Source: Aeropyrum pernix K1
GTDB lineage: Archaea; Thermoproteota; Thermoprotei_A; Sulfolobales; Acidilobaceae
DNA length: 32,000 nucleotides
Assembly (NCBI RefSeq): GCF_000011125.1
Contig: NC_000854.2
Span: forward strand, 150,001 to 182,000
Direction: 5' to 3'
Below the pieces are notes generated by a model, which made no database searches, had not been told where the DNA came from, and was given only the letters and a program-made list of their open reading frames with translations. The translations under genes and the position numbers were made by a program. Of this stretch, positions 1 through 8,494 are shown in pieces; the stretch's first letter is position 1, and every line of letters begins with the position of its first letter.

Positions 1-238
1 TATTTAACAACGTTAAAATCAATAACCAATCTATAGAAGTTATTCGGGATAGAACGGCATTCAAACAGACCCAGACGAGTTAAGTCTCAATAACCATGGC
101 GAGACACTGTTATAGCCTGTTCTCCCACTTCTTATCCCATAGTTTTACAAGTCTAACGCTTTTCATGAGAGCACAAGCCGCTTCAAAGCCCCAAACCTCC
201 GCTGCAGGAAACAGTTCGTTCTAATAGGCTTGGGATGG

Positions 239-360
239 TGGTGGGCCCGCGGGGATTTGAACCCCGGACCACGGGGTCCCGAGTCGGGCGGAGCCTCCCG
301 CCCTCCAGCGGGACCTTCTGCTCCGTACCCCGCATCCTAGCCAGGCTAGACGACGGGCCC
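239..360 (-). tRNA. tRNA-Pro(CGG) with a 44-nt intron; 3' CCA encoded (239-241). 5' exon 327-360, intron 283-326, 3' exon 239-282
   Basis: Minus strand: acceptor GGGCCCG / CGGGCCC, T-arm CGGGG-TTCAAAT-CCCCG, anticodon stem CGGGG/CCCCG, spliced loop TTCGGGA (anticodon CGG). The exon-intron junctions form a hBHBh' motif: CGGG-GT|A-CGGAGC...GCTCCG-CCCG-AC|T. Confidence 0.93.
283..326 (-). other. tRNA intron inserted between positions 32 and 33 (non-canonical site)
   Basis: Bulge-helix-bulge with two 3-nt bulges (GTA, ACT) around a 4-bp central helix CGGG/CCCG, plus intron helix CGGAGC/GCTCCG. Confidence 0.88.
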
Positions 361-383
361 CCGCTTGCTAGTATCCGGTCCGG

Positions 384-391
384 CCATAAAG
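384..391 (-). promoter_or_regulatory. Candidate TATA box (CTTTATGG) for the tRNA
   Basis: Centred about 28 nt upstream of the mature tRNA 5' end (360). Confidence 0.45.
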
Positions 392-412
392 ATGGTTAGA
401 GCGGCTAGAGGC

Positions 413-1075
413 TTAAAGGCTTCTCCCCAAACTTTCCCTACGAACCTCTGCTATACACTCTGGGGGTACCCAGTCAACAGTGTAGACTGTCTTCGACATC
501 CTCTCGACCTTGAGCCCCCTCCTTCTTAGACACTCAACATCTACCAGGAGAACAGCGACTAGATTGCCGTGCCTTCTGCCGGTTGATACAGCATCTTCAA
601 GAGAGCTTGTGAGGTGGACTTTTAGCCTCCTACCCCTCATTATACCCCTCTCCATAATCAACGGTAGCGCCTCCTCGGTTGTACCGTGATAGAGTATCGG
701 CGGAGGCTCGCCGGGGAGAGGCTCCACATTAACGGGTATCGAGTGCCCATAGCGCGCCCTAATCTCCCCATTCCTCAGCTCATACCTCCCCTTAGGGTCG
801 TGGAGGGCCACGCCCACTATGTGCCACTCTTCCACCCAGCTCCATCCAGCCTTTCTCAACCCCTCGACAACCTCGCTAACCCTGGCCCACCCTTCTCGAG
901 TTAACCTGACACCATACCTCCCAGGATGGTGCCGCAGTATGCCTGCCAGGGTCTTGCTTAGCCTTACGCGCATACCCCCAGGCAACACTGCTCTAGCCTT
1001 ACACCGGCAGTTGCTCCTACCCTCCACTACGGTGCCATCGCAACATAGAGCAAGCTCGGGGAGCTCCTCCGCCAC
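413..1075 (-). CDS. kptA: Probable RNA 2'-phosphotransferase (Tpt1/KptA family); GTG start at 1075 preferred over the track start at 1183
   Basis: Motifs SKTLAGILRHHPGRYGVRLTREGW, YHGTTEEALPLIMERGI, VHLTSSLEDAVSTGRRHG. The longer ORF start would overlap the divergent gene at 1117. Confidence 0.85.
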   Translation of the reverse strand: MAEELPELALCCDGTVVEGRSNCRCKARAVLPGGMRVRLSKTLAGILRHHPGRYGVRLTREGWARVSEVVEGLRKAGWSWVEEWHIVGVALHDPKGRYELRNGEIRARYGHSIPVNVEPLPGEPPPILYHGTTEEALPLIMERGIMRGRRLKVHLTSSLEDAVSTGRRHGNLVAVLLVDVECLRRRGLKVERMSKTVYTVDWVPPECIAEVRRESLGRSL

Positions 1076-1116
1076 TCCTCCCCCCAGTATTTCTAGGCTC
1101 GGCTGGGAGAATAGAG

Positions 1117-1524
1117 TTGTTGGGGTTGGAATGGATGGGTGGTGAGGGTCCTGGTAGCGACGATATTGTGAAGAAGATGGCACAGCTTATGATGCAGGGG
1201 GCTGTAATGCTGGATAAGACGTGTCCTGCAGACGGTCTCCCCCTCTTCAAGCTCAAAACGGGGGATGTGGTCTGCCCTGTCCACGGGAAGGTTGTGATAG
1301 TGGCCAGTGACGAGGAGGCGAGAGACGTAGAGGTGGAGGAGATAATAAGGGAGGTTAGGTACAGGGCGGCCAGGAACGTTATGAAGGGTCTTGAGGAGGA
1401 CAATGTGGACACGGTCTCAAAATGGCTAGGTGTTTTGGAGACAGCCGAGAGAATTCTTGCTATAAGGCGAGGAAGCCGGCAGGGCCAGGGGAGCGTTAGA
1501 GGAGAGGGGAGAGAGTCGAAATAG
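1117..1524 (+). CDS. Sjogren's syndrome/scleroderma autoantigen 1 (p27)-like family protein; the true start may be a few codons downstream (1135)
   Basis: AQLMMQGAVMLDKTCPADGLPLFKLKTGDVVCPVHG pattern. Confidence 0.65.
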   Translation: MLGLEWMGGEGPGSDDIVKKMAQLMMQGAVMLDKTCPADGLPLFKLKTGDVVCPVHGKVVIVASDEEARDVEVEEIIREVRYRAARNVMKGLEEDNVDTVSKWLGVLETAERILAIRRGSRQGQGSVRGEGRESK

Positions 1525-1605
1525 GGTGAACCCCTGTTTTAACCCAGACGCGATAAAGTATATTCTCTAGGGCTGGGGAATTCTGCCTACAGCGCGGGTG
1601 TTTAT

Positions 1606-2493
1606 ATGCAGGGATTAACAGACTGCATAGACGCCTTGGACATAGCTAGGGCGGTGAGAGTAGAGGGAGTATCTGCTCGCTTAGCCGGTGAGGGGAGGGG
1701 AGAGGCTAGCGGGGAGAAAAGGCATAAGATAGAGGTTCTGGTGAAAGACCCCTCATCGCCGAGTATAGACGAGATGCCCCTACTTTCTGCCCTTAGGGTT
1801 GCTTTCGCCAAGTCGGGCCAGCTTCTGGTTCTTAGGCCTTACGAGAAAGAGGCGGCCCCGAGGGAGGACGTTTTGGCGGGGTTGCTGAGGAGTCTCGTCG
1901 AGGAGGGTAAGCCTTTCGTAGCTATAGTGCCTAGCCTACTAGCGGTGGGACTGGCCTCCCGCCTCCCGGCGAGAGTTATAGACGCACTGGAGAGTCTTAG
2001 CGTCGTTGTCGAGGCTAAGGTGGCTGTTAGAAACCTGGTTTACCTCCCTGTCCCTGAGGTTAACGACGTCATTGAGATAGTTGGGAAGAAGAATAGTGCC
2101 GCAAGCTACGAGAGGATCAGGAGGCTTGAAGAGGCTGCAGGCAGGTACGGTATAAAGGTTAGGGGCCACGTCCTCCTCAACAGCAACATGGAAATACTAG
2201 AGTACATTGTAAGCGGCGGTGTCGACGGCCTATCCATGAGAGTGCCCGTTACAAAACTCGCACTGTATATCCTAGCGATATCGCGGTGCCTCGACATCCC
2301 CATAACGCCAGTTACCCTGGAGGAAACCTCGCTACATACAATATACTTCCACGGACTAGGAAGCCGGGAGGCGGAAGCCTTTATCGAAGCACTGCGGAGC
2401 CCACTAACGAGGCCGAGTGAAGAAGAGGTGGCGAGGCTCGTGGAAAGGGGTGCGGCAAAGCTAGTCGAAATCCTTGCTAGGCCTAGGGTGTGA
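1606..2493 (+). CDS. Conserved hypothetical protein, 295 aa
   Basis: Long ORF track entry with coherent alpha/beta composition; no family recognised. Confidence 0.7.
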   Translation: MQGLTDCIDALDIARAVRVEGVSARLAGEGRGEASGEKRHKIEVLVKDPSSPSIDEMPLLSALRVAFAKSGQLLVLRPYEKEAAPREDVLAGLLRSLVEEGKPFVAIVPSLLAVGLASRLPARVIDALESLSVVVEAKVAVRNLVYLPVPEVNDVIEIVGKKNSAASYERIRRLEEAAGRYGIKVRGHVLLNSNMEILEYIVSGGVDGLSMRVPVTKLALYILAISRCLDIPITPVTLEETSLHTIYFHGLGSREAEAFIEALRSPLTRPSEEEVARLVERGAAKLVEILARPRV

Positions 2494-3676
2494 GGTCTAT
2501 TGGCTCAATGGTTACCAGCCCTAGCACTAGTATGAGGGTTGCAACGCCCAGACCAGCTCCCAAGAGCCTGCCGCTCGGGCCCAACAACCTCTCCCCCACA
2601 TGAACGGCTACGTGCCCACCGTCACTCATTATGGCGGCGCCGGGAAGGGGTAGGAGGAGGGGTGCAGCGTTAACTAGGGCAACGCCTAGGTTGAGCAGGA
2701 ATAGGGCGTTCATGATAGTTGCCAATGGGGAGTCGTAGAACTCCGCAACTCTAACTCCAATTGTGCTCCTGCCAGCCTCCTTCACAACCTTTAGATCTAA
2801 AAGCTCTCCACCTTCTTTTTTGACCCTTACCGTAAACTCCACATTGCTTGCCGGGTCTGTCACCCCAATTTTCTCGAAGATCCTCCTAAGGTCCTCCAGA
2901 CTCTTGACGGGCTCGCCGTTTACCTCCACTATCACCATACCAGGTCCTAACCCCGCCGCGTCAGCCGGGCTTCCCTCCTCAACTCCAAGAATCTTTACTC
3001 CAGAAGGCTCTGCTACCGGTGCAGTCATAGCGATCAAGAGGGTCAGAAGGGCTATCAGGATGTTGGCAGTAACCCCTGCCGAGAAGACCTTGAGCCTCGA
3101 CACCAGCCTGGCCTTCATGAGCTGCTCCTCGTCAAGCTCGACGAATGCTGCCGGTATAAAGAGTAGGATGGCTATACCCGCGTTCTTGACTCTAATCCCC
3201 TCGGCGACGGCAACAACTGCATGACCGAGCTCGTGAGCCACGACACCAACTCCTAGTGCAACAGCGACGTAGACCAGGTCCTCCCAGGGGATTGTAACCC
3301 CTGGTATCAGTGGGATGAATCCTCCCGCAGCCTCGCCCCCCTCACCTGGAGGTACGAGAAACTTGGCCTTAGCAGCCTGTAAAGCGAGGTAGTAGAATAG
3401 GGCTAGGGCTGCCATCATCACAGCAATGGCCAGATAGCCGTAGAGCCTGAGCACGCCCCTTAGCCTGCCCTCCCCTAGGGGTTCCCCTGTGACACCTATC
3501 CTGACAATGATGCCGAAAGGGAGTATAGAAACCCTCCCCTCACGTCTGCCCCTACCATAGATTAGATACAGAGCTATCCATGCCAGCGCAATGCCCGCTG
3601 CAACTGCTATCTCGATACCAGCCAAGACTGGCACTCCTACTATCCTGAAACTGGGGCCCTCCAAGGCTATATCCAA
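2483..3676 (-). CDS. Membrane-embedded zinc metalloprotease (M50 / site-2 protease-like) with an internal PDZ domain
   Basis: HELGHAVVAVAEG motif, multiple hydrophobic segments, PDZ-like GVEEGSPADAAGLGPGMVIVEVNGEPVKSLEDLRR. Confidence 0.88.
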   Translation of the reverse strand: MDIALEGPSFRIVGVPVLAGIEIAVAAGIALAWIALYLIYGRGRREGRVSILPFGIIVRIGVTGEPLGEGRLRGVLRLYGYLAIAVMMAALALFYYLALQAAKAKFLVPPGEGGEAAGGFIPLIPGVTIPWEDLVYVAVALGVGVVAHELGHAVVAVAEGIRVKNAGIAILLFIPAAFVELDEEQLMKARLVSRLKVFSAGVTANILIALLTLLIAMTAPVAEPSGVKILGVEEGSPADAAGLGPGMVIVEVNGEPVKSLEDLRRIFEKIGVTDPASNVEFTVRVKKEGGELLDLKVVKEAGRSTIGVRVAEFYDSPLATIMNALFLLNLGVALVNAAPLLLPLPGAAIMSDGGHVAVHVGERLLGPSGRLLGAGLGVATLILVLGLVTIEPIDLTP

Positions 3677-4536
3677 AACGCCTCTGAAGGGCTATGTGGC
3701 ACAGAGTATTGGAAACCCTCATCGCCTCTTATGGACTCCAGTATCTCAGGCGTCTTAGCGGCGGCCTCCTCGGCCGCCGGCCCAGGAGGGGCCCCTCTAA
3801 ACAGCATGATAGCGAACACCATAGTAAATATGTCCCCAGCTCCTGTCGGGTCTTCGACGAGTTTAGGAGGAGGTGGTATTGTGAGGCTGCCAGAGGGGCT
3901 GAGGACCTCGCCTCCGGCCTCGCCCCGGGTGTAGACTATGATGTTTGCCATAGGCTCGCGAGGGGGGTCACTGGCATCATCGCTTGATATATGGGCGAGT
4001 GAGCCTATCCTAGCCGTGGGGGGAGTCCAGACGGATGCGTAGCCTCGGTAATAGCCCTGCAGGTCAACAGCTGTTATGGCGCTGAAGTTGTTATGTATAT
4101 AGGATGCGAGGCCTCCATCGTCCTCCCCATGGAGGGGTGAGATGAGAACTACGTTGTACGCCCCTGCGCTGAGTACTCTTAACACTCTCGCGGGGTCTAG
4201 AGGCTCCGGCCTCCCTATGAGCGTTGACACCCTCTGACCGCCAGCCTTATACTTATGCCTGTATACGTAGCCTTCGCCGACAACACGGTAGCCTAGACGC
4301 TCGACGCCCAGCCGTCTCTCGACAACGGCTGTATCGAGAGTGGTATAACCAACTGGGCCCACAGCATAGGCTCTGCAGCCTAGCTTCCCGGCTGCGTACC
4401 CGGCGTATAGCGCGGGCCCGCCGGGCCTCCTGACGATGCTACCTCCTATCTCTACAACGTCTACCGTGGGGGGCGATACTATTAGGACTCTGCATATCGC
4501 CAAAAGCCACCGCCAAAATAAATGTCCTACGATCAA
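3667..4536 (-). CDS. PfkB-family carbohydrate kinase
   Basis: C-terminal DPTGAGDIFTMVFAIMLFRG signature; N-terminal GGSIVRRPGGPALYAGYAAGKLGCRAYAVGPVG. Confidence 0.85.
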   Translation of the reverse strand: MIVGHLFWRWLLAICRVLIVSPPTVDVVEIGGSIVRRPGGPALYAGYAAGKLGCRAYAVGPVGYTTLDTAVVERRLGVERLGYRVVGEGYVYRHKYKAGGQRVSTLIGRPEPLDPARVLRVLSAGAYNVVLISPLHGEDDGGLASYIHNNFSAITAVDLQGYYRGYASVWTPPTARIGSLAHISSDDASDPPREPMANIIVYTRGEAGGEVLSPSGSLTIPPPPKLVEDPTGAGDIFTMVFAIMLFRGAPPGPAAEEAAAKTPEILESIRGDEGFQYSVPHSPSEAFWI

Positions 4537-4577
4537 GCCTTCTATAACGGCTTCCTGCCGCCGGGAAATGGTGGTTT

Positions 4578-5789
4578 GTGTTGGAGGACCTGGAGCATGG
4601 GGTTGCCTCTAACGGGCTCCGCTACGGCTTCTATAGGGTAGAGAGCGAGAGCGCCGCTATCTGTATAGCCGCTAGGGGTGGAAGCAGTTTCGAGCCGCCC
4701 GGGAAGTATGGTATAGCACATCTAACAGAGCATATGATTTTCAGGGGGAACGAGTACCTGCAGGACGGAGAGCTGGACAGGGCTGTGGAACTATCGGGTG
4801 GCGAGGCTAACGCGTACACCACCAGGGAGCTCATTCTACTCTGCGCCGAGTTTGTATCCGACAGCCTCGCCAGAGTGGCTGAAAAACTCTTCCTTGCGGT
4901 ATCCGCCAGGAGGCTTGTCGAGGGCGAGTTTGAGAGGGAGAGGGCTGTTGTTGAGGCTGAGGTGAAGGGTTTGATTAGCAGCCCGGAGAGCAGGATCTAT
5001 AGGCTAGCCCACGCGAGCGCCTGGGGGGACAGCCACCTCGGCAGGCCTATAGAGGGTTACCCTGAGACTGTGGCAAATATTAGTAAGGCGGATGTGGAGG
5101 AGTACAAGGCCAGTGTGTTCAGCCCGGAGAGGATGTCTCTGGCTATAGTGGGCAGGATCTCTAGGCTGGAGGCTCTCCGGGTCGTGAAGCTCTTCAGCCA
5201 GCTAGAGCCCGGTGGAAAGGTGCGGGAGCCAGAGACGCCGGAGCCTAGGACCACATTCCTGAGGGAGGAGAGGGGTATTGAGGCAGCCTATGCAGCCCTC
5301 ACCCTCCCCCTGCCTCCGCGGAGCGGGTTGGCTAACGTCCTGGCAAGGCTAAGGGGCGTCGTATTCAACCTTGAGGCGGGTGCCACCAGTATTCTCTTCA
5401 AAGAAGTCAGGGAGGAGAGGGGCCTGGCATATGGTTTTAATGTAGACGTCCACATTACAAGCTGGGGCTCCAGTATGTCTCTGATCGTGCTTGAAGGCAA
5501 TAGAGATAGAGTTGGGGAACTCTTTGACGCCATGACGCGTTCCCTCGAAAGGGCGCTTCGCGGCGGCTACCCCGAAAGCGAGTGGCGGGAAGGGAGGAGG
5601 AGGCTCTACAGGTTTTACACTAGGAGGGAGGCGATCTCTAACATGGAGAGGGCCGATGCCCTCTCAGCGGTCATACTCTTCCATGAAAAGCCGTTCACGC
5701 TGGAGGACCTCGTAAACCAAACCCTCAGTAGCGAGTGGAGTCTTGAGGAGTTCCTAAGGCTCCCCCGGGGCTTAGCCCTCATAGTCTAG
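4578..5789 (+). CDS. M16-family (insulinase-like) zinc peptidase
   Basis: Inverted zinc motif HLTEH (HxxEH) plus downstream ELILLCAEFVSDSLARVAEKLFLAV. Confidence 0.88.
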   Translation: MLEDLEHGVASNGLRYGFYRVESESAAICIAARGGSSFEPPGKYGIAHLTEHMIFRGNEYLQDGELDRAVELSGGEANAYTTRELILLCAEFVSDSLARVAEKLFLAVSARRLVEGEFERERAVVEAEVKGLISSPESRIYRLAHASAWGDSHLGRPIEGYPETVANISKADVEEYKASVFSPERMSLAIVGRISRLEALRVVKLFSQLEPGGKVREPETPEPRTTFLREERGIEAAYAALTLPLPPRSGLANVLARLRGVVFNLEAGATSILFKEVREERGLAYGFNVDVHITSWGSSMSLIVLEGNRDRVGELFDAMTRSLERALRGGYPESEWREGRRRLYRFYTRREAISNMERADALSAVILFHEKPFTLEDLVNQTLSSEWSLEEFLRLPRGLALIV

Positions 5790-6505
5790 CGGCTCCTGTC
5801 GGACATCATCCTCCTAAAGAACGGGTTTGACGCTGAGAGCCTCCTGACAGCTTCCTCGAACGGCTCTTCCGGCGGCAGCTCAACTTTAATGTAGACCCCT
5901 GTTCTACCTAGCTCTCGCCTTCTCGTCAATACCCTAACCCTCTCCCTGACCGTCTCCAGGCTTATGCCGAGGACCTCAGCCACCCTCCCCTCGTTACCCA
6001 ACACAGGCTCCTCAACATGTCCACGTGGGGTTGGAACTACAAGGATGAGCCTCTTAGTAACACCCGGAGATCTGACGCCTCTTTCAAGCCCAGCAGCATC
6101 AACCTCGCCGCCCCACATGTAGAACTCCCTCTCCCTAGGTTGAAGCCTTGCTAGGGGCAGGCTGACCACCCTCTCCTCTGGGGGGTCTAGGACCAGGTAT
6201 GCCTTGGGAGTGCTACGGGGCGTCGCCATGACTATTATCCTCTTGTAAACCGTGAATCCTGAGGCCTCGAGAGCCTCCTCCACAAGCCCGGGCGGGACAG
6301 GCTCCACTATAGCCACGTCAACATCGCTGCCAGGGTGGACATCCCCCCTGGCCACGCTGCCGTGGACAACCGCCAGACCGGGGTGGACTGTGCGGGAGAG
6401 AGCCCTAACAATCTCTAGCGCCTTCCTCCGTTTTTCCCTTAGGAGGAGCCAGTGCTCCGGGGAGTACTCCACCTCCACTTGAGTAAACACCCTCCGGCCG
6501 GCCAT
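5786..6505 (-). CDS. Nucleotidyltransferase-domain protein with C-terminal HTH-like region
   Basis: VVHGSVARGDVHPGSDVDVAIV (GSxARG...SDxD) signature. Confidence 0.8.
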   Translation of the reverse strand: MAGRRVFTQVEVEYSPEHWLLLREKRRKALEIVRALSRTVHPGLAVVHGSVARGDVHPGSDVDVAIVEPVPPGLVEEALEASGFTVYKRIIVMATPRSTPKAYLVLDPPEERVVSLPLARLQPREREFYMWGGEVDAAGLERGVRSPGVTKRLILVVPTPRGHVEEPVLGNEGRVAEVLGISLETVRERVRVLTRRRELGRTGVYIKVELPPEEPFEEAVRRLSASNPFFRRMMSDRSR

Positions 6506-6510
6506 GGGGT

Positions 6511-7101
6511 TTAGAGTTTCCTCAGTAGATCCGCCTCCCTGTCAACCCTGTATATCGGGGGGAGGCCGCTGAGGGTCTCAGCGGAGTGGCTTATGACTAT
6601 TGCGTGCTCGTCGGGCAAGTAGCTCCATTCGAAGTCCAGCTGTCTCGACGGCCTCGGCGGCTCCTCATCCTCCTCAAGGTAGTAGTAGACCTCCATGTGG
6701 ACCCCCTTCGGGCTCCATGTAACTACAAGCCTGTCCGCCTTCAGGTCACTACCCTCAAGTGCTATCATCTCAACCTCAAGCAGCCCCTCGTCGGGGTCGA
6801 AGTCAATCCCTTCCAGCTCGAACCTGCCCTTCGCGTTGAGTCTCTCCAGGAGGGGTGCTACTATATCCCTCCAAAGCGATACTCCATAGTAATAGAGCTC
6901 CTCGAACACTGATACATGCTTATTATGGCGCCTAACCCTTAGATTCTCCGCCCACTCTGCTATCTCCCTCCAGTAGGTGGAGGTTACGTCTGCCAACGTC
7001 CCTAGGAGTCTAGCCGGCTCTACACCCAGCCTTTCCGCCAGCCTACTAATCTTCTCTGCAGCTTCCCCCTCGAGCTCGACCTTCAGCACCTGCTTTTTCA
7101 A
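6511..7101 (-). CDS. Hypothetical protein, 196 aa
   Basis: ORF in a tightly packed minus-strand run; start overlaps the upstream methyltransferase stop by 4 nt. Confidence 0.65.
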   Translation of the reverse strand: MKKQVLKVELEGEAAEKISRLAERLGVEPARLLGTLADVTSTYWREIAEWAENLRVRRHNKHVSVFEELYYYGVSLWRDIVAPLLERLNAKGRFELEGIDFDPDEGLLEVEMIALEGSDLKADRLVVTWSPKGVHMEVYYYLEEDEEPPRPSRQLDFEWSYLPDEHAIVISHSAETLSGLPPIYRVDREADLLRKL

Positions 7102-7667
7102 TCTACCCTACCCCTTAGAACGTCTATCCTCATGATAACATCCTTACTTGTTACACCTAAAATCTGGGCCCCTGCCGCGAGGAGCTCATCCTTATAGGGG
7201 AGCCTCTTTAGCATGCTCACCACCACAGGCCCCCTTGATACCCTTATGAGCTCCTTAACAGCTCTCCACAAATCGTCCACGAGGTCGAGGACTGTGAAGC
7301 TGTAGACGGTGTCAAACACTCCACTGCCGAAGGGGAGCTTCTCAACATTACCCTCCAAGGCTATGCAGCTCCCGTTGCCGCATAGAACCCCAATCCTAAA
7401 CCGGGCTATACTTAACATGCAAGGGCTGTAGTCGAGGCATGTAAACAAGTCTACAGCGTCTAGGGAGCCATAGGAGGCCATATACTCGAGGAGGAGTCCA
7501 GTCCCGCAGCCAGCATCCAACACCCTACCCTGGGGCCTAACCCTCTTTAGGGCAACGAAAAACTTCTCATACTGTTCAGCCCTATACAGCTCGTCATAAC
7601 CGCTGCATGTCGCCTCGTACTTCTCCCTGATTACAGCTCCCTTACCCTCCAGGCTTCTATCGGACAA
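7098..7667 (-). CDS. Class I SAM-dependent methyltransferase
   Basis: Motif I VLDAGCGTGLLLEYMASYG and post motifs. Confidence 0.85.
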   Translation of the reverse strand: MSDRSLEGKGAVIREKYEATCSGYDELYRAEQYEKFFVALKRVRPQGRVLDAGCGTGLLLEYMASYGSLDAVDLFTCLDYSPCMLSIARFRIGVLCGNGSCIALEGNVEKLPFGSGVFDTVYSFTVLDLVDDLWRAVKELIRVSRGPVVVSMLKRLPYKDELLAAGAQILGVTSKDVIMRIDVLRGRVD

Positions 7668-7765
7668 AATGTCGGGCCCCCAAGTTCTGAGGGGGTGGCG
7701 GTTTTGGATTTCCCCCCGGCTGTGAGGAGGTGGGGCGTGGTTGTGTGGCCTCTGTTTAGTGGCCT

Positions 7766-8482
7766 CTACCTCTTCCTCCTCCCAGTCCTCCTGGCAGCTA
7801 TATGGCCCACCTTCCTTCCAGGCGGGGCCGTCCTGGCGACTGTGGAAGGCCTGCCCTTATGCTGGTGCCTCCCGCCTCCGAAGGGGTGGTCTACGGCGTT
7901 CATAGCCACACCCCTAACCCTAGGCCACTTCCTAGCCTTAACCTTCCACTTGTGGTATGCGAAGCCAGCCTTCATTATAGGCTTCTCTATCCTACCCGCA
8001 CCCGCTGGTATGCCGATGGTTGCCCTAGAGTCGTTGGGGACCTCTTTATCCTTCCCGCTGGGCAGCCGTAGAATGGTCTTGGCGCCAGCCCTACCCACCA
8101 CTAGGGCGTAGCTCCCGGCTTGTCTGGCCAGCTTGCCGCCGTCTCCAGGCCTGAGCTCGACGTTGAATACTTCCGTGCCCTCGGGTATTTTGCCTAGGGG
8201 GAGTATGTTGCCAGCCTCCGGCTTTGCAGCGGGCCCGATCTCTATAATCTGCCCGACGTACATTCCCTCAGCAGCTGGCATGAGAAACTCTACGCCATCC
8301 TCCCTCACAACCCTGGCAAGCGGCACATAGCGGCCGGGGTCGTGTATCAGCTCTACTACCTTTCCTCTTAAAGTGTCTCCTGAAAGTGGGGGGTATTTAG
8401 CCGGGCCCGGGTGTATATGGGCCCTGCTTCGATACGTCGGCGTTCCCCTGCCGGCCCTCTGCTGCCTCAGCCTCTTGCCCAT
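7766..8482 (-). CDS. rpl2: 50S ribosomal protein L2
   Basis: MGKRLRQQRAGRGTPTYRSRAHIHPG...RGVAMNAVDHPFGGGRHQHKGRPSTV. Confidence 0.97.
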   Translation of the reverse strand: MGKRLRQQRAGRGTPTYRSRAHIHPGPAKYPPLSGDTLRGKVVELIHDPGRYVPLARVVREDGVEFLMPAAEGMYVGQIIEIGPAAKPEAGNILPLGKIPEGTEVFNVELRPGDGGKLARQAGSYALVVGRAGAKTILRLPSGKDKEVPNDSRATIGIPAGAGRIEKPIMKAGFAYHKWKVKARKWPRVRGVAMNAVDHPFGGGRHQHKGRPSTVARTAPPGRKVGHIAARRTGRRKR

Positions 8483-8494
8483 GCCTCCTACACC

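Noticed and set aside
2763-3224. Long plus-strand ORF opposite the M50 protease
   Set aside because: Low-complexity Ser/Pro/Thr-rich translation, fully antisense to a motif-supported gene.
5786-7667. Nucleotidyltransferase (MNT) plus 196-aa helical protein as a MNT/HEPN toxin-antitoxin pair
   Set aside because: The nucleotidyltransferase is 239 aa with an HTH-like C-terminal extension and the 196-aa partner shows no clear HEPN RxxxxH motif; the pair looks like part of a longer minus-strand gene run.
7695-8111. Plus-strand ORF opposite rpl2
   Set aside because: It lies almost entirely antisense to the confidently identified L2 gene; typical shadow ORF in GC-rich DNA.
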